64,000 bases of DNA from Octopus sinensis (Eukaryota), in the NCBI RefSeq assembly GCF_006345805.1, contig NC_043003.1, positions 49,724,001 to 49,788,000 of the forward strand. Direction: 5' to 3'. Under the pieces are notes generated by a model that worked only from the letters and a program-made list of their open reading frames with translations, made no database searches and was not told the origin of the DNA. A program made the translations under genes and the position numbers. Within the stretch, counting starts at the first letter, position 1; each line of letters begins with the position of its first letter. Below are positions 25,645-37,742 of this stretch, piece by piece.

Positions 25645-26552
25645 AAATTTGAAATCAATATCTATGGTTCTTTATGTTCTGATTTCAAATCCCACCAAGG
25701 CCAACATTAACTTTTCATTCCTCCAGGGCTGATAAAATAAACCCTATCAATTACTGGGGTTGATGGGATTCACTAATACCTTCCCTATAAAATTTCTGGC
25801 TTTGTTCCTATTACCACCAGCCATCATCAACATTTAATATCTGTTTTCCATGTTGAGATGGGTTAGGAAGCTTGACAGGAGCTGGTAAGGCCAGGGGTCA
25901 CACCAGGTACCATAGTGTGTTTTGATTTGGTTTCTACAACTGGATGCCCTTCCTAATGCCAACCACTTTACATAATGTACTGGGGCATTTTTACCTGGCA
26001 TCATCAGCAATGCTTTTTAATAGCACCTATAATGTACTGGGCCCTTAGTATGTATTTATTAACAGCAAGCCACAGCATACATAGATCAGAATTGCTCTCC
26101 TAGACTCATGGGGGCACCCCAGGCAACTGCCACGTGTGCTCAAGCATTAAGATGGCAGCACTAAGTGGTTCGTCTGATGGGCTTCCAATTAAAGTTGACT
26201 TGATGCTATGGTGAAAGATATTTGCTCCGATGCCATCGCATCAGCATCGAACGCAAGAGCTCAGAATCAGGTAAGGAAATTCTTAACCTATCAACGATGC
26301 AGCAGCTACACACACACACAAACACACAGAGAGGCTTGTGTGCATGTGTATGTGTCATCATCATCATCATTCAACGTTCACTTTTCCATGTGTGTGTTGT
26401 ATAATATACATAATATACCTACATAAATACATACATATATATATATCTCCATACACATACACACACACACATATATATATAGACATGCACACATGTGTGT
26501 GTGTATGTATGTGTATGCTTACATATGCACAAATAAACACACATATGTCTAC

Positions 26553-26584
<32 letters not shown>

Positions 26585-27074
26585 GTAGAAAGCAAAAGAG
26601 AGAATGAGAATTGATTATTATGATCAATATGAATTGTATGTGATGATTATGCATTTCTGTGTGTGTGTGTGTGTGTGGTGTGTGTGTGTGTATTGTGTGT
26701 GTGCATAGTTTAAGTATGTGCGAATATATGTATGTATATATACATATATGCACACACAGACACACATATGCATACAAACATACATAAATGTGTGTATGTG
26801 CGTGTGCACAGAAAGTGTATGCAGGTGTGTGTTTGTATTGTATGTGTGCCTGTCTGTGTATATATATAGTTGGTGTGTTAAAATAATTTTCTAGAGTGCC
26901 TTTATTTACATATAATCGTATCAAATGAATGATAATCTCCATATTAACTGATTACTGATAGTTATCATAATTAAATATCATAGTTAAGTACATTAGTTGT
27001 GAGTGAAATCATTTTTAGCCTCAGTTATACGCAGGCAGTCAATTTGCTCAACAGTATTTGAGATGGTAGCTAAG

Positions 27075-27610
27075 ATACTGATAGTGGTAGTGGTGGTGGT
27101 AGTAGTAGAAGTGGCGGTAGTGGTGGTGGTTATGGTGGAGGTGGCGGTAGTGGAGGTAGTTGTGGTGGTGTTAGTGGTGGTGGTTGTGGTGGTGGTTGTA
27201 GTGGTGGTTGTGGTGAAAGATGTGGTAGTGGTTGTAGTGGTGGTTGTGGTGAAAGTGGTGGTAGTGGTGATAGTTGCTGTTTTTGTTATTGCTACTGATA
27301 TGTATGTAAATTTTGCTGGAATTTTTCTTTTGTTGTTTTGTCAAGGGTTTTTATTAGTTTTTTTTTATTTATAGCAGTAGTGTTGTTGCTGTTGCTGCCA
27401 TTTATAGGTGATGCTGATGGTAGTAGTGGTGGCAGTAGTGGTGGCAGTAGTGGCAGATATGGTGGTAGCAATATTGTTGTTAGTAGTGGTTATGGTCGTA
27501 GTGTTTGTTGTTGGTGGTTGTTATGGTAGTAGTTTTTGCTGGTGGTGGTGGGCGATGATAGAGGTAGTTGATGTGGTGATGGTGGTGTTTGTGGCGGTGG
27601 TATTGCTGGT
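27075..27610. repeat. Degenerate (GGT/TAG)n microsatellite
   Basis: Visible. Confidence 0.9.
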
Positions 27611-27629
27611 GATATATATATATATGTAT

Positions 27630-28015
27630 CACCATCATCATCATCAAAATTATTTAACGTCCATTGTCCATGCTCGCATGGGTTGGACGGCTTGACTGGT
27701 CCGGCATACTAGAAGGCTGCGCCAGGCTTCAGTCTGATTTAGCATGGTTTTCAACAGCTGGATGCCCTTCCTAATGCCAACCACTCTGAGAGTGCAATGG
27801 GTATTTTTACATGTCTCTGGCATGGGTGCCATTTGGGTAACACCAATATCTGCTATGACTGTGATTTTGATTGGATTGATGGATCCTCTTCTCAAGCATG
27901 ACATAATGCCAAAGGTCTTGGTCATTGCTTGTGTGTGGCCCTACACTCAAAAGGAACTCGATCACTTTGCCTCCATAAGGCGCAACACTTGAAAGGAACT
28001 CAGGCACCTCACCTC
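27630..28015 (-). mobile_element. RTE-clade LINE 3' end (related subfamily)
   Basis: The reverse strand encodes DQDLWHYVMLEK followed by the shared 3' UTR and (GAT)n. Confidence 0.7.
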
Positions 28016-28441
28016 CATATATATACATAGTATCACTACACACATTCCATTTCCACAAGAACACCAACCTTAAGAACACACATATTTCCCACAAACTCTT
28101 TTCCAGAAAACTCTTGCCTACTTGAAACAAAACCACCCCAGAGACAATGTTTTGATGCCAAGGGACATACCTTAATTCCTTGCTCGATTCATTTTATCAT
28201 CTTTTTCACAGCAACCACAAACCAAATGTGTCTATTCACCTCCAACAATAGAGAACAGTTGCCATATTTCATTCCATAACTGCTACCTCTGAAGAGCACA
28301 GAGTTATATAGTCGGACTGATACCTACCACTCTGTTGAACTCCTAGTGTGAAACTGATTGGTAAGATCAGCCGTAATGGATATATAATACTTTACACTAC
28401 GATTAATATGTGTGTGTGTGCATGTGTGCATGTGTGTAAAG

Positions 28442-28651
28442 ATGGTGAGCTGGCAGAATTGTTAGCACAAAGGACAAAGTGCTTTGTGGCATTTTATCCA
28501 TCTTTACATTTGAAGTTCAAATTTCGCTAAGGTTGACTTTGCCTTTCATCCTTTTGGGGTCAGTAAAATAAGTACTAGTTGAGAACTGGGGTCAATGTAA
28601 TTGATTTACCCCTTCCCTCGAAATTGCTGGTTTTGTGCCAAAATTTGAAAC

Positions 28652-28655
<4 letters not shown>
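28442..28655 (+). mobile_element. SINE family B
   Basis: ggtgagctggcagaa head, central domain and ccttgtgccaaaatttgaaac-type tail. Confidence 0.8.
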
Positions 28656-28697
<42 letters not shown>

Positions 28698-29010
28698 GTA
28701 AGATCCAAGGATCGAGGTGTAGGAAGAAGGTTAACTTCAAGCAAACCATAGAAAATAAAATATGAAAAACAATATTTCAGGAACAATAGCAGTTTATGGA
28801 GGCAGAAGGTTGTGGATTTTTTTCCGTATTGAAATATGGTAAGCTGAAAAAAAAAATAAAAAGATACCAGTGGTCTGAAGAGCAGCCTGCAGTATACACC
28901 TTGCTTGGAGACTTACTACTTCTGAGGTTTTGCTTGCTATGAAACATATGTAGCCTGGATATTAACTACTCCACTCCTTAGCTCTTGTATATATATATAT
29001 ATATATATAT

Positions 29011-29193
29011 ATGATAGATCGCTAGCCACTAAACCTTTTCTATTTTCTCTCCCTGTTTATTTCTGTGTTTCTTTCTGTCGAGGAGCATAAGCTCGAAACA
29101 TAAAAGACTTCCTCACTTTGTGAGCGTTAAACTAATACATCTGTTTGTTGTTTATACACCTGTCCTCATCTTTTGTTTATTTTTTGTAAATTC

Positions 29194-29198
<5 letters not shown>
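29011..29198 (+). mobile_element. Hammerhead-bearing short element family 1
   Basis: Fold UCUUU CUGUCGA G GAGC AUAA GCUC GAAAC AUA AAAGA at 29070-29107, with (TA)n on both sides. Confidence 0.75.
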
Positions 29199-29232
<34 letters not shown>

Positions 29233-29264
29233 GTGTGTGTGTGTCTGTGTTGGTATGAATATAT

Positions 29265-29671
29265 TACTCTTACTCTTTTCTCTTTTACTTGTTTCGGTCA
29301 TTTGACTGCGGCCATGCTGGAGCACCGCCTTTAGTCGAGCAAATCAACCCCAGGACTTATTCTTTGTAAGCCCAGTACTTATTCTATCGGTCTCTTTTGC
29401 CGAACCGCTAAGTGACGGGGACGTAAACACACCAACATCGGTTGTCAAGCAATGCTAGGGGGACAAACACAGACACACAAACACATACACATATATATAT
29501 ACATATATACGACAGGCTTCTTTCAGTTTCCGTCTACCAAATCCACTTACAAGGCATTGGTCGGCCCGGGGCTATAGCAGAAGCACTTGCCCAAGATGCC
29601 ACGCAGTGGGACTGAACCCGGAACCATGTGGTTGGTTAGCAAGCTACTTACCACACAGCCACTCCTGCGCC
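29265..29671 (-). mobile_element. SINE family A, young full-length copy
   Basis: Retains CpGs; near reverse complement of 31962-32392. Confidence 0.9.
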
Positions 29672-30149
29672 TATATGTAAATTATTATTTACAACAATAC
29701 TTATATGATTTTATCATAACAATATTTCAGCTAATACAGGTGGTAGATTGAAGAAGAGGCAAAATCCTCTTGTGGTATTTGGTCCTGGCTCATTATATGT
29801 AACTTTTTTGATTGCAACACACCTGAGTCCAGCTCTGCTTCTTTAATAGAAACTTCTTGTTTTAAAGTGAGCTTCATTAAAACCTTCTATTAAGATTTCA
29901 TGTTAATTTATGTTCCAAACTCCATCTTGATCATGACAATTATTTTAGAAAATTCTTCATTATTTTTATGATTAATTAGAACAAAAATAATGTATTTCAA
30001 TAACAATATCCATCCATGCAACAAAAGTAGTGTATTTTCAATAGAAATTTCAACCTCTGCTACACAGCTAAGAACTATACACTCCTTCCTTAACATATCA
30101 TACCTTTCACTATTGACCACACACATACACACACATGCACACATGCACA

Positions 30150-30478
30150 TGCACGTGATTCAGTGATTAGGGTATTCGGCTCAAAATCGTAAAGTTGTGA
30201 GTTCAGTTCCTGGTGATGCATTGTATCCTTAAGCAAGACTCTTTATTTCACATCGCTTCAGTCCACTCAGCTGGTAAAAATGAGTTTGTGTCTGTATTTC
30301 AAAGGGCCAGCCTTGTCACATTCTGTGTCACTCTGAATCTCCCTGAGAACTAATGGTTAAGAGTACATGCGTCTGTGGAGTGCTCAGCCACTCAACCACT
30401 TGCACGTTAATTTCAAGAGCAGGCTGTTCTGTTGATCGGATCAATTGGAACCTTCATCATCATAACCAACAGAGTGCC
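30150..30478 (+). mobile_element. SINE family D (tRNA head plus CORE-like ccttgagcaaga body)
   Basis: Head and body related to 63656-63992; different tail. Confidence 0.65.
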
Positions 30479-30483
30479 ATATA

Positions 30484-30523
<40 letters not shown>

Positions 30524-31077
30524 GTGTGTGTGTGTGTGTATAGAAAAATGCATACTTACATGTAAGAGACCAAAGTGTATGTACACCGCTATATATATAT
30601 ATATAAAAAATACAAATGGGACAAGAACGCAAAACATCCGGACAGCTAGGTGATACAAAAAGGGACAACAAAACATCCAAATAGATGATACAAAGAAAAC
30701 AAGGACGGGTCATTCAAAGTTTTCTTTCCTCAGTCAAGCACCAGATTATCCTTGTGAGTGGATTTGGTAGACTGAAACTGAAAGAAACTTGTCCTTGTGT
30801 GTGTGTGTGTGTGTGTGTGTGTACCTTTGTCTCTATATTTGTCCTCCACCACTGCTTGACAGCCAATGTTAGTGTGTTTAGATCTCCATAACACAGCTGT
30901 TTAGCAAAAAGTAACTGATACATATACCAGGCTTTAAAAGAATATTAAGTATTCAGATTCATTCATTTGACTAGCATTCTTTGAGATGCTGCCCCAGCAT
31001 GGCCACAGTCTAGTGAATGAAAACAATAAAAGATATAAAAGGCATAGGTGTGGCTGTGTGGTAAGAAGCTTGCTTAA

Positions 31078-31877
31078 GTCCTGAGGTTGCTTCTTTCAAC
31101 TGGGGTGGTTAGTGAGAGCTGTGTGAGTCATGTACAGGGACGCTGTCAGTAAGGTGAGGGTTTGCAATGAGTACAGTGAAGAATCCCAGGTAGAGGTAGG
31201 GGTCCACCAAGGTTCAGTCCTCAGTCCCCTCCTATTTATCATAGTCCTCCAGGCAATAACAGAGGAAGACAAGACAGGATGTCCCTGGGTTAGTGAGAGC
31301 TGTGTGAGTCATGTACAGGGACGCTGTCAGTAAGGTGAGGGTTTGCAATGAGTACAGTGAAGAATCCCAGTAGAGGTAGGGGTCCACCAAGGTTCAGTCC
31401 TCAGTCCCCTCCTATTTATCATAGTCCTCCAGGCAATAACAGAGGAAGACAAGACAGGATGTCCCTGGGTTAGTGAGAGCTGTGTGAGTCATGTACAGGG
31501 ACGCTGTCAGTAAGGTGAGGGTTTGCAATGAGTACAGTGAAGAATCCCAGGTAGAGGTAGGGGTCCACCAAGGTTCAGTCCTCAGTCCCCTCCTATTTAT
31601 CATAGTCCTCCAGGCAATAACAGAGGAAGACAAGACAGGATGTCCCTGGGTTAGTGAGAGCTGTGTGAGTCATGTACAGGGACGCTGTCAGTAAGGTGAG
31701 GGTTTGCAATGAGTACAGTGAAGAATCCCAGGTAGAGGTAGGGGTCCACCAAGGTTCAGTCCTCAGTCCCCTCCTATTTATCATAGTCCTCCAGGCAATA
31801 ACAGAGGAAGACAAGACAGGATGTCCCTGGGAGCTCCTCTATGCTGATGACCTTGCTCTAATTGCTGAGTCACTACC
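31078..31877 (+). mobile_element. RTE reverse-transcriptase fragment containing a 4 x 181-bp tandem amplification (31107-31829)
   Basis: Each unit encodes MYRDAVSKVRV...GVHQGSVLSPLLFIIVL...GCPW; the last unit continues into ELLYADDLALIAESL. Confidence 0.92.
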
Positions 31878-31961
31878 AGGTAGTGCTCCAGCATGATTGC
31901 AGTGAAACAACTGAAATAAGCAAAAGAAATTAAAGAAATAAAGTTGCAATATTCAGCATAT

Positions 31962-32133
31962 AGGCGCAGGAGTGGCTGTGTGGTAAGTAGCTTGCTAACC
32001 AACCACATGGTTCCGGGTTCAGTCCCACTGCATGGCATCTTGGGCAAGTGTCTTCTGCTATAGCCCCGGGCCGACCAATGCATTGTGAGTGGATTTGGTA
32101 GATGGAAACTGAAAGAAGCCTGTCGTATATATG

Positions 32134-32164
<31 letters not shown>

Positions 32165-32392
32165 TTGTGTGTCTGTGTTTGTCCCCCTAGCATTGCTTGA
32201 CAACCGATGCTGGTGTGTTTACGTCCCCGTCACTTAGCGGTTCAGCAACAGAGACCGATAGAATAAGTACTGGGCTTACAAAGAATAAGTCCCAGGGTCG
32301 ATTTGCTTGACTAAAGGCGGTGCTCCAGCATGGCCACAGTCAAAATGACTGAAACAAGTAAATGAGTAAAAGAGAAAGAGTAAAGAGTATAT
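31962..32392 (+). mobile_element. SINE family A, young full-length reference copy
   Basis: A-box tggctgtgtgg, B-box ggttcagtccc, CORE-like cttgggcaagtg, internal microsatellite and (AAAGAGT)n tail. Confidence 0.92.
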
Positions 32393-32742
32393 ACTCTTTT
32401 TTTTATTTTATTCAAGACGATAAAAGTGTACTACGAAGAGAGGATAGGTTTCAATTTCTAACGTACTCTATGGCCACATAGAAGCTTCCCTTCCTCATTA
32501 GTTCATTCTGAATTAAGTGATTATTGATATCACACAGTATTATCGTTTTATAGAAAGCAGTAATTATGGCATTGCTGTGTATTAATGATGTTGATAGCAT
32601 TGTCTCATTTTAATTTTTCGTTGTTAATTCCAGGCCTTTTTTAGCAATCAGGAAATGGTCTTTGTTGCAAGAGTGCTCTATCAGTGTATTAATTTTTGCA
32701 TTGTATTTTCTTATTAATATAGCTTCCATGATCAATCCACAA

Positions 32743-32777
<35 letters not shown>

Positions 32778-33263
32778 TGGGGGGGGGGGATTTTACATCT
32801 GATGGTGTTGGTATTATTCACTAATGGTTTCTAGACTTTTGTTTTGTGCAGTGTAATGTGGTGTAATGTAATCACATGCAATTGGTTCATTGTTGTAAAC
32901 AAACAGTGACTAATATTGGATAATAACGAAATACAAAAGATCCTTAATAAAAAAAAAGAAGTAAAATAAAAAAAAAATGAGCACAGCCATGTTTTTTTGT
33001 AATTCACACAGAAACCCATACTTACAGATACAAATAGATGCACCCATGCAAAAACTACATACTCTTTTACTTGTTTCAGTCATTTGATTGTGACCATGCT
33101 GGAGCATCGTCTTTAGTCGACCAAATCGACCCCACGACTTATTCTTTATAAGCCTAGTACTTATTCTATGGGTCTCTTTTGCCAAACTGCTAAGTTACAG
33201 GGATGTTAACTAGCATTGGTTGTCAAGCGATGTCGGGGGACAAACACAGACACACAAACATAT

Positions 33264-33312
<49 letters not shown>

Positions 33313-33320
33313 TACATACA

Positions 33321-33355
<35 letters not shown>

Positions 33356-33378
33356 GATGATGATATGATGATGATACA

Positions 33379-33436
<58 letters not shown>

Positions 33437-33449
33437 CATACATATATAT

Positions 33450-33495
<46 letters not shown>

Positions 33496-33499
<4 letters not shown>

Positions 33500-33686
33500 A
33501 GAATTTACGAAAAAAACAAAAGACGAAGACAGGTGGTGTACAAAACAAACAGATGTATTAGTATAATGCTCAGGAATAGAATAAGTCTTTTACGTTTCAA
33601 GCCTACGCTCTTCTACAGAAAGGGACACAGAGAAAAACAAGGAGAGAAAAAAATGTGTGTAGTGGCTAACGATCTATCATGGCGAC
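33496..33686 (-). mobile_element. Hammerhead-bearing short element family 1, best-preserved copy
   Basis: Sense strand CUUU CUGUAGA A GAGC GUAG GCUU GAAAC GUA AAAG at 33587-33622. Confidence 0.8.
33587..33622 (-). ncRNA. Candidate minimal hammerhead ribozyme variant (U6, extra purine after A9, 2-bp palindromic stem III)
   Basis: Stem I CUUU/AAAG, stem II GAGC/GCUU, GAAA core and GUA cleavage triplet. Activity is untested. Confidence 0.55.
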
Positions 33687-35348
33687 ACATATATACACAT
33701 ATATACGACAGGCTTCTTTCAGTTTCTGTCTACCAAATCCACTCACAAGGCTTTGGTCGGCCTGAGGCTATAGTAGAAGACACTTGCCCTAGGTGCCATG
33801 CAGTGGGACTGAACCCGGATCCATGTGGTTGGTAAGCAAGCTACTTACCACACAGCCACTCTTATGCTGGTTTTTTTTTTCTATTCTTCCATTTATCTAT
33901 CTGGCTGTCACATCTGCTTTGTGCATGTGTGTATGTATGTATGTATGTATGTATGTATGTATGTATTCAAAATTGTATATTACATTACTACAGTTTGCTG
34001 TACCAACTGAGCTATCATGAGAACTACATGCTGACACCACATAAAAATGCTTCCATACCACTGCTGCATAATTGCACCGATGCAAAGAATAAAATGCACT
34101 TAGTACACTCTGTAAAGTAATTGGTGTTAGGAAGAGCATTCAGCCATAGAAACCAAGCCAAATTAGACCAGAACTTAGTGCAGCTTTCATGCTTGCCAGC
34201 TCTGGTCAAAGAGTCCTACCCTTGCCAGCAGAGAAAATGGATGTTAAATGATGATGACAATGATGTTTCTTTTGAACAAGTTTATATTCAGTCTGACTGC
34301 ACAATATCTTTTGCAAGTGTCTTCTACTATAGCCCTCCGCAAGCCAAAGACTTGTGACTGAATTTGGTAGAAAGCAACTGAAAGAGGCCACAAAATACAA
34401 AAACATACCTAGTACATGCTGTAGAATGGCTGGCATTAGGAAGGGTATCCAGCTGTAAAATCCATGCCAAAACAGACATTGTGGCTTGGTGCAATCCTCT
34501 GGCTCTTTGCTTCCTATTCAATTATTTAACCCATAACAGCATGGAAAAGGAGATATCAGACAATAATGGAGATTATGATGATATTAAATATACATAAGAG
34601 GTCATAGTGTACATATGCTGCTATATTTTTATATATAAAAAATACAAAAAAGAGACAACAAAGCATCTAGACAGACGATACAAAGAAAACAAGGATGGGT
34701 CATTCGGAGTTTTCTGTCCTCAGTCGAGTTCCAGATTATCTTAGCAATTTCAGCTGGTTATACTCAAGATTGCTCCAATCTGGTCAGCCCCAAGGAAAAA
34801 CTAAGCTATATATGTAAATAATAATAATAATATTTTAGAAGCTTAAAGCTTATAAGCGAATACTATGTATTGACTAAAGAAAATAGTGTAATAATGGGGT
34901 GTATAAGCCCTTAACAGAAAAAAGTAGGGTTTTCTCTATGTGTAGGACTCACTTCTTCCTGTCAGATTTAAGAGCTGTAATTTCATAGTGTTGTTTTTAT
35001 GAACAAATGTGTGTTTTTTTGTGATGATTTGATAAGCAGTGATGATTTTACAATTCTGTAAATAATAATAATATTTTGTTAGCTTAAAGCTATAAACAAT
35101 AATAATATTTTATATGCTTGAATCTCATAAGCGAACACAGACACACACAACAAAGGAATGTGAGTTCATGATCTTTGTCTTGACATAATCTACTTGTTGG
35201 AAACAAGTATGACCATTATACAACAAGTATTGTTCTTTTGCAATCTTTTGGTTAAACATGTCCAGCCATTGTTGTTGATGTTCAAAGAACAAGGAAGCAA
35301 CATTACTTTGCTTTGAAACAGATGAGTGATGAGTATCTTGGTGTTGCT

Positions 35349-35831
35349 CAGTGGTTCCCAAAGAGGGGGATATTGCCTTCCTGGGGGTGGTGGTAAGTTC
35401 CAAGGAGCTGTTGAAAAAAAGTGGGGCGATAATGGGGTAGTGATTTATGTAACAAGTGGAGTGATATTGGGGTGGTGTTTTATGTAACAAGTGGGTTGAT
35501 AATGGGGTAGCGATTCATGTAACAAGTGGGTTGATAATGAGGTAGTGATTTATGTAACAAGTAGGGTGATAATAGGGTAGCAATTTATGTAACAAGTGTA
35601 GTGATAATGGGTGGTGATTTATGTAACAAGTGGAACAACGAAGGGGTGGCGATTCATGTAAAAACAACAAAGTAATGGATTCATTAGGTTAGGTTTTATT
35701 TGTAAAATACAGTTGCTTTGAATTTGCTTCAGAAAGTGGTCTATGTCTGTGATGGTTAGTTGGGGTGGGGTGCTAGGAATGTGGTCTTGGTGTCATAGGG
35801 GTGGCAGCCTGAAATAGTTTGGGAACCACTG
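35349..35831. mobile_element. hAT (Charlie-type) MITE with perfect 14-bp TIRs and an internal ~35-bp minisatellite
   Basis: cagtggttcccaaa / tttgggaaccactg, with about six gataatggggtagtgatttatgtaacaagtgg units. No clear TSD. Confidence 0.75.
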
Positions 35832-36174
35832 CTGTAATGACCTGTCCCAGCAAATTTCATCTGACTGATGAAGATTTGGAAAAGCAGATGTTCAAATTGC
35901 AATGATGACGATGACCATATTACCAATGGCAATGATGACGATGATGATGATATTCGCTCATATATGCCCGTAAAAAATGAAGTCAGATGCTTCCTTGCCA
36001 GTTCATGTTCAAGCAAGTAGGAGCAGGTTTTGCATTGCAAAAACACAACCAGGGGTGTATATGGGTTACAGCTTGACTCAGAAATTAGAGTATTTAAAAT
36101 TTCACAGGCACACAAAGAGCAAACAAACAAATGACAAGTCTTTCAGAGACTTAATTCTGTGTGATGTTATATTC

Positions 36175-36750
36175 ACAACATATGCATACATACATACAAA
36201 CATACATACATACATGCATAAATGCATACAAATGATATGCATACAAACATACATACATACATGCATACATACATAAATGCATACAAACAATATGCATACA
36301 CATACATACATACAAACATACATGCATACATAGACATACATACATACACACATAGATACGTACATGTATACATAATACATGCATACATAATACATGGATA
36401 CACACACATACATACAGACAAACATACTCACATGTACGTATGAACATACATATACATATACACATAGATGCATACACGCATACATGCATATACACTTACA
36501 TACTTACACATATACATGCATAAATATATACAAACTTACGTACATACACACATGTATGCATACATACAAACTTACATGCATGCACACATATAAACATGCA
36601 TACATACGTACACACACATACAACATACATACATACATACATACATACATACATACATACATACATACATACATACATACAAACACACATACATACATAC
36701 ACACATACATACACACATACATACATAAATGCATACAAACTTACAATATG
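36175..36750. repeat. Degenerate (CATA)n/(CA)n tract
   Basis: Visible. Confidence 0.9.
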
Positions 36751-37675
36751 CACATATATTGCTGGAGGATAACTGACAGATTTGTGGTACATTTTAACAT
36801 TTTAATGTGAATGATTCAATCCTATAAAAGCTTGTTTCTATATACAACAAAGTTTTTTGGCCAATTTTTTCTGTCTTGTAAGTACTGCATGATTGAAACA
36901 AACTGTCAAATTTAATGTTTCTTCATGAAAATTTCTCTTTATAATTCATTCTTATAGAATCTGTGACAATGAAGATACATTTTTTTATGAAACAAAATTC
37001 TTTTGGCGTTCCCTTTTTTATTTGATGTAAATTTTTATTCTTTGCGAGTTTTTAATACTTTCTTTATTGTTATTATACACACACATATACATGCATTATA
37101 AGTAATTTTTTTTTAATTATTTGAATTCTTTTTATCAAGGAGTTGGTTCCTAACAAAGGAACAATGTTCCATTGCTGGAATTTGGATAAAAATACCATTG
37201 AAGAGTTACATGTTGAACTTGAGTGAAGTCATGCATAATTTTACAATTCCACCAGCAGATTGTATTTGCTAACTTTGTGTTAGCTGATCACCTTTGCCTA
37301 AAGACCTCTGTTTTTGGGAAGTGACTCATAGACATTTATTAACATAACCAACTGAACCAATTATTATAAGTACTAAATATAAATTTATAATCAAGGTAGA
37401 AACGAAATGGGTTTCATACAGCTGTCTGTAAATATTCTCCTTCTCAGCTATATGGATTAAATCATCACCAAACTGGAGTTCCTATAAGTAGCTAGTCTTA
37501 AATTTCTCTATTATAGCCTGGTAAAATAGCCATAAACAGTAAGGATTAGATACCAATCCTTGATAGTATTAGATAACTGGAAAGAACGAATAGCATGGTA
37601 CTGTTGGCTGCACGTAGTAAGCCCGTTATGCATGCAAGACTCCAGAAGCTCCAACAAAACCTGTGATAGAGAAAA

Positions 37676-37698
37676 TAATAATAATAATAATAATAATG

Positions 37699-37742
<44 letters not shown>

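Larger units (their letters stand above)
33060..33862 (-). mobile_element. SINE family A expanded by a long (TA)n tract and a nested hammerhead element
   Basis: Both SINE halves flank 33260-33700. Confidence 0.85.

Noticed and set aside
26208-26270. ATG...CAG/gtaagg first-exon candidate (MVKDICSDA... or YLLRC frame)
   Set aside because: No acceptor or homology support; the upstream sequence looks like a decayed MITE end.
28781-28838. Candidate exon with FMEAEGCG, similar to SLC35F6 FMAEGCG, ending in TATG/gtaag
   Set aside because: The matching frame has an in-frame TAG after the best acceptor, and the other frames do not join downstream candidates. It is probably chance, but RNA-seq could rescue it.
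30690-30745. CTGAGGA...GAAT motifs on the minus strand of the repeats at 30.7 and 34.7 kb as hammerheads
   Set aside because: GAAA is GAAT, stem II pairs in only one copy, and there is no stem I or UH triplet. The segments are a repeat family, but a ribozyme is not supported.
23820-31877. Both RTE fragments break near GCPWELLYADD, suggesting one split and inverted element
   Set aside because: They are 7 kb apart, overlap by about 55 nt, differ in sequence and share no TSD. Independent insertions are simpler.
35428-35660. Regular 35-bp repeats and the 181-bp array considered as CRISPR-like arrays
   Set aside because: There are no unique spacers, the context is eukaryotic, and there are no cas genes.
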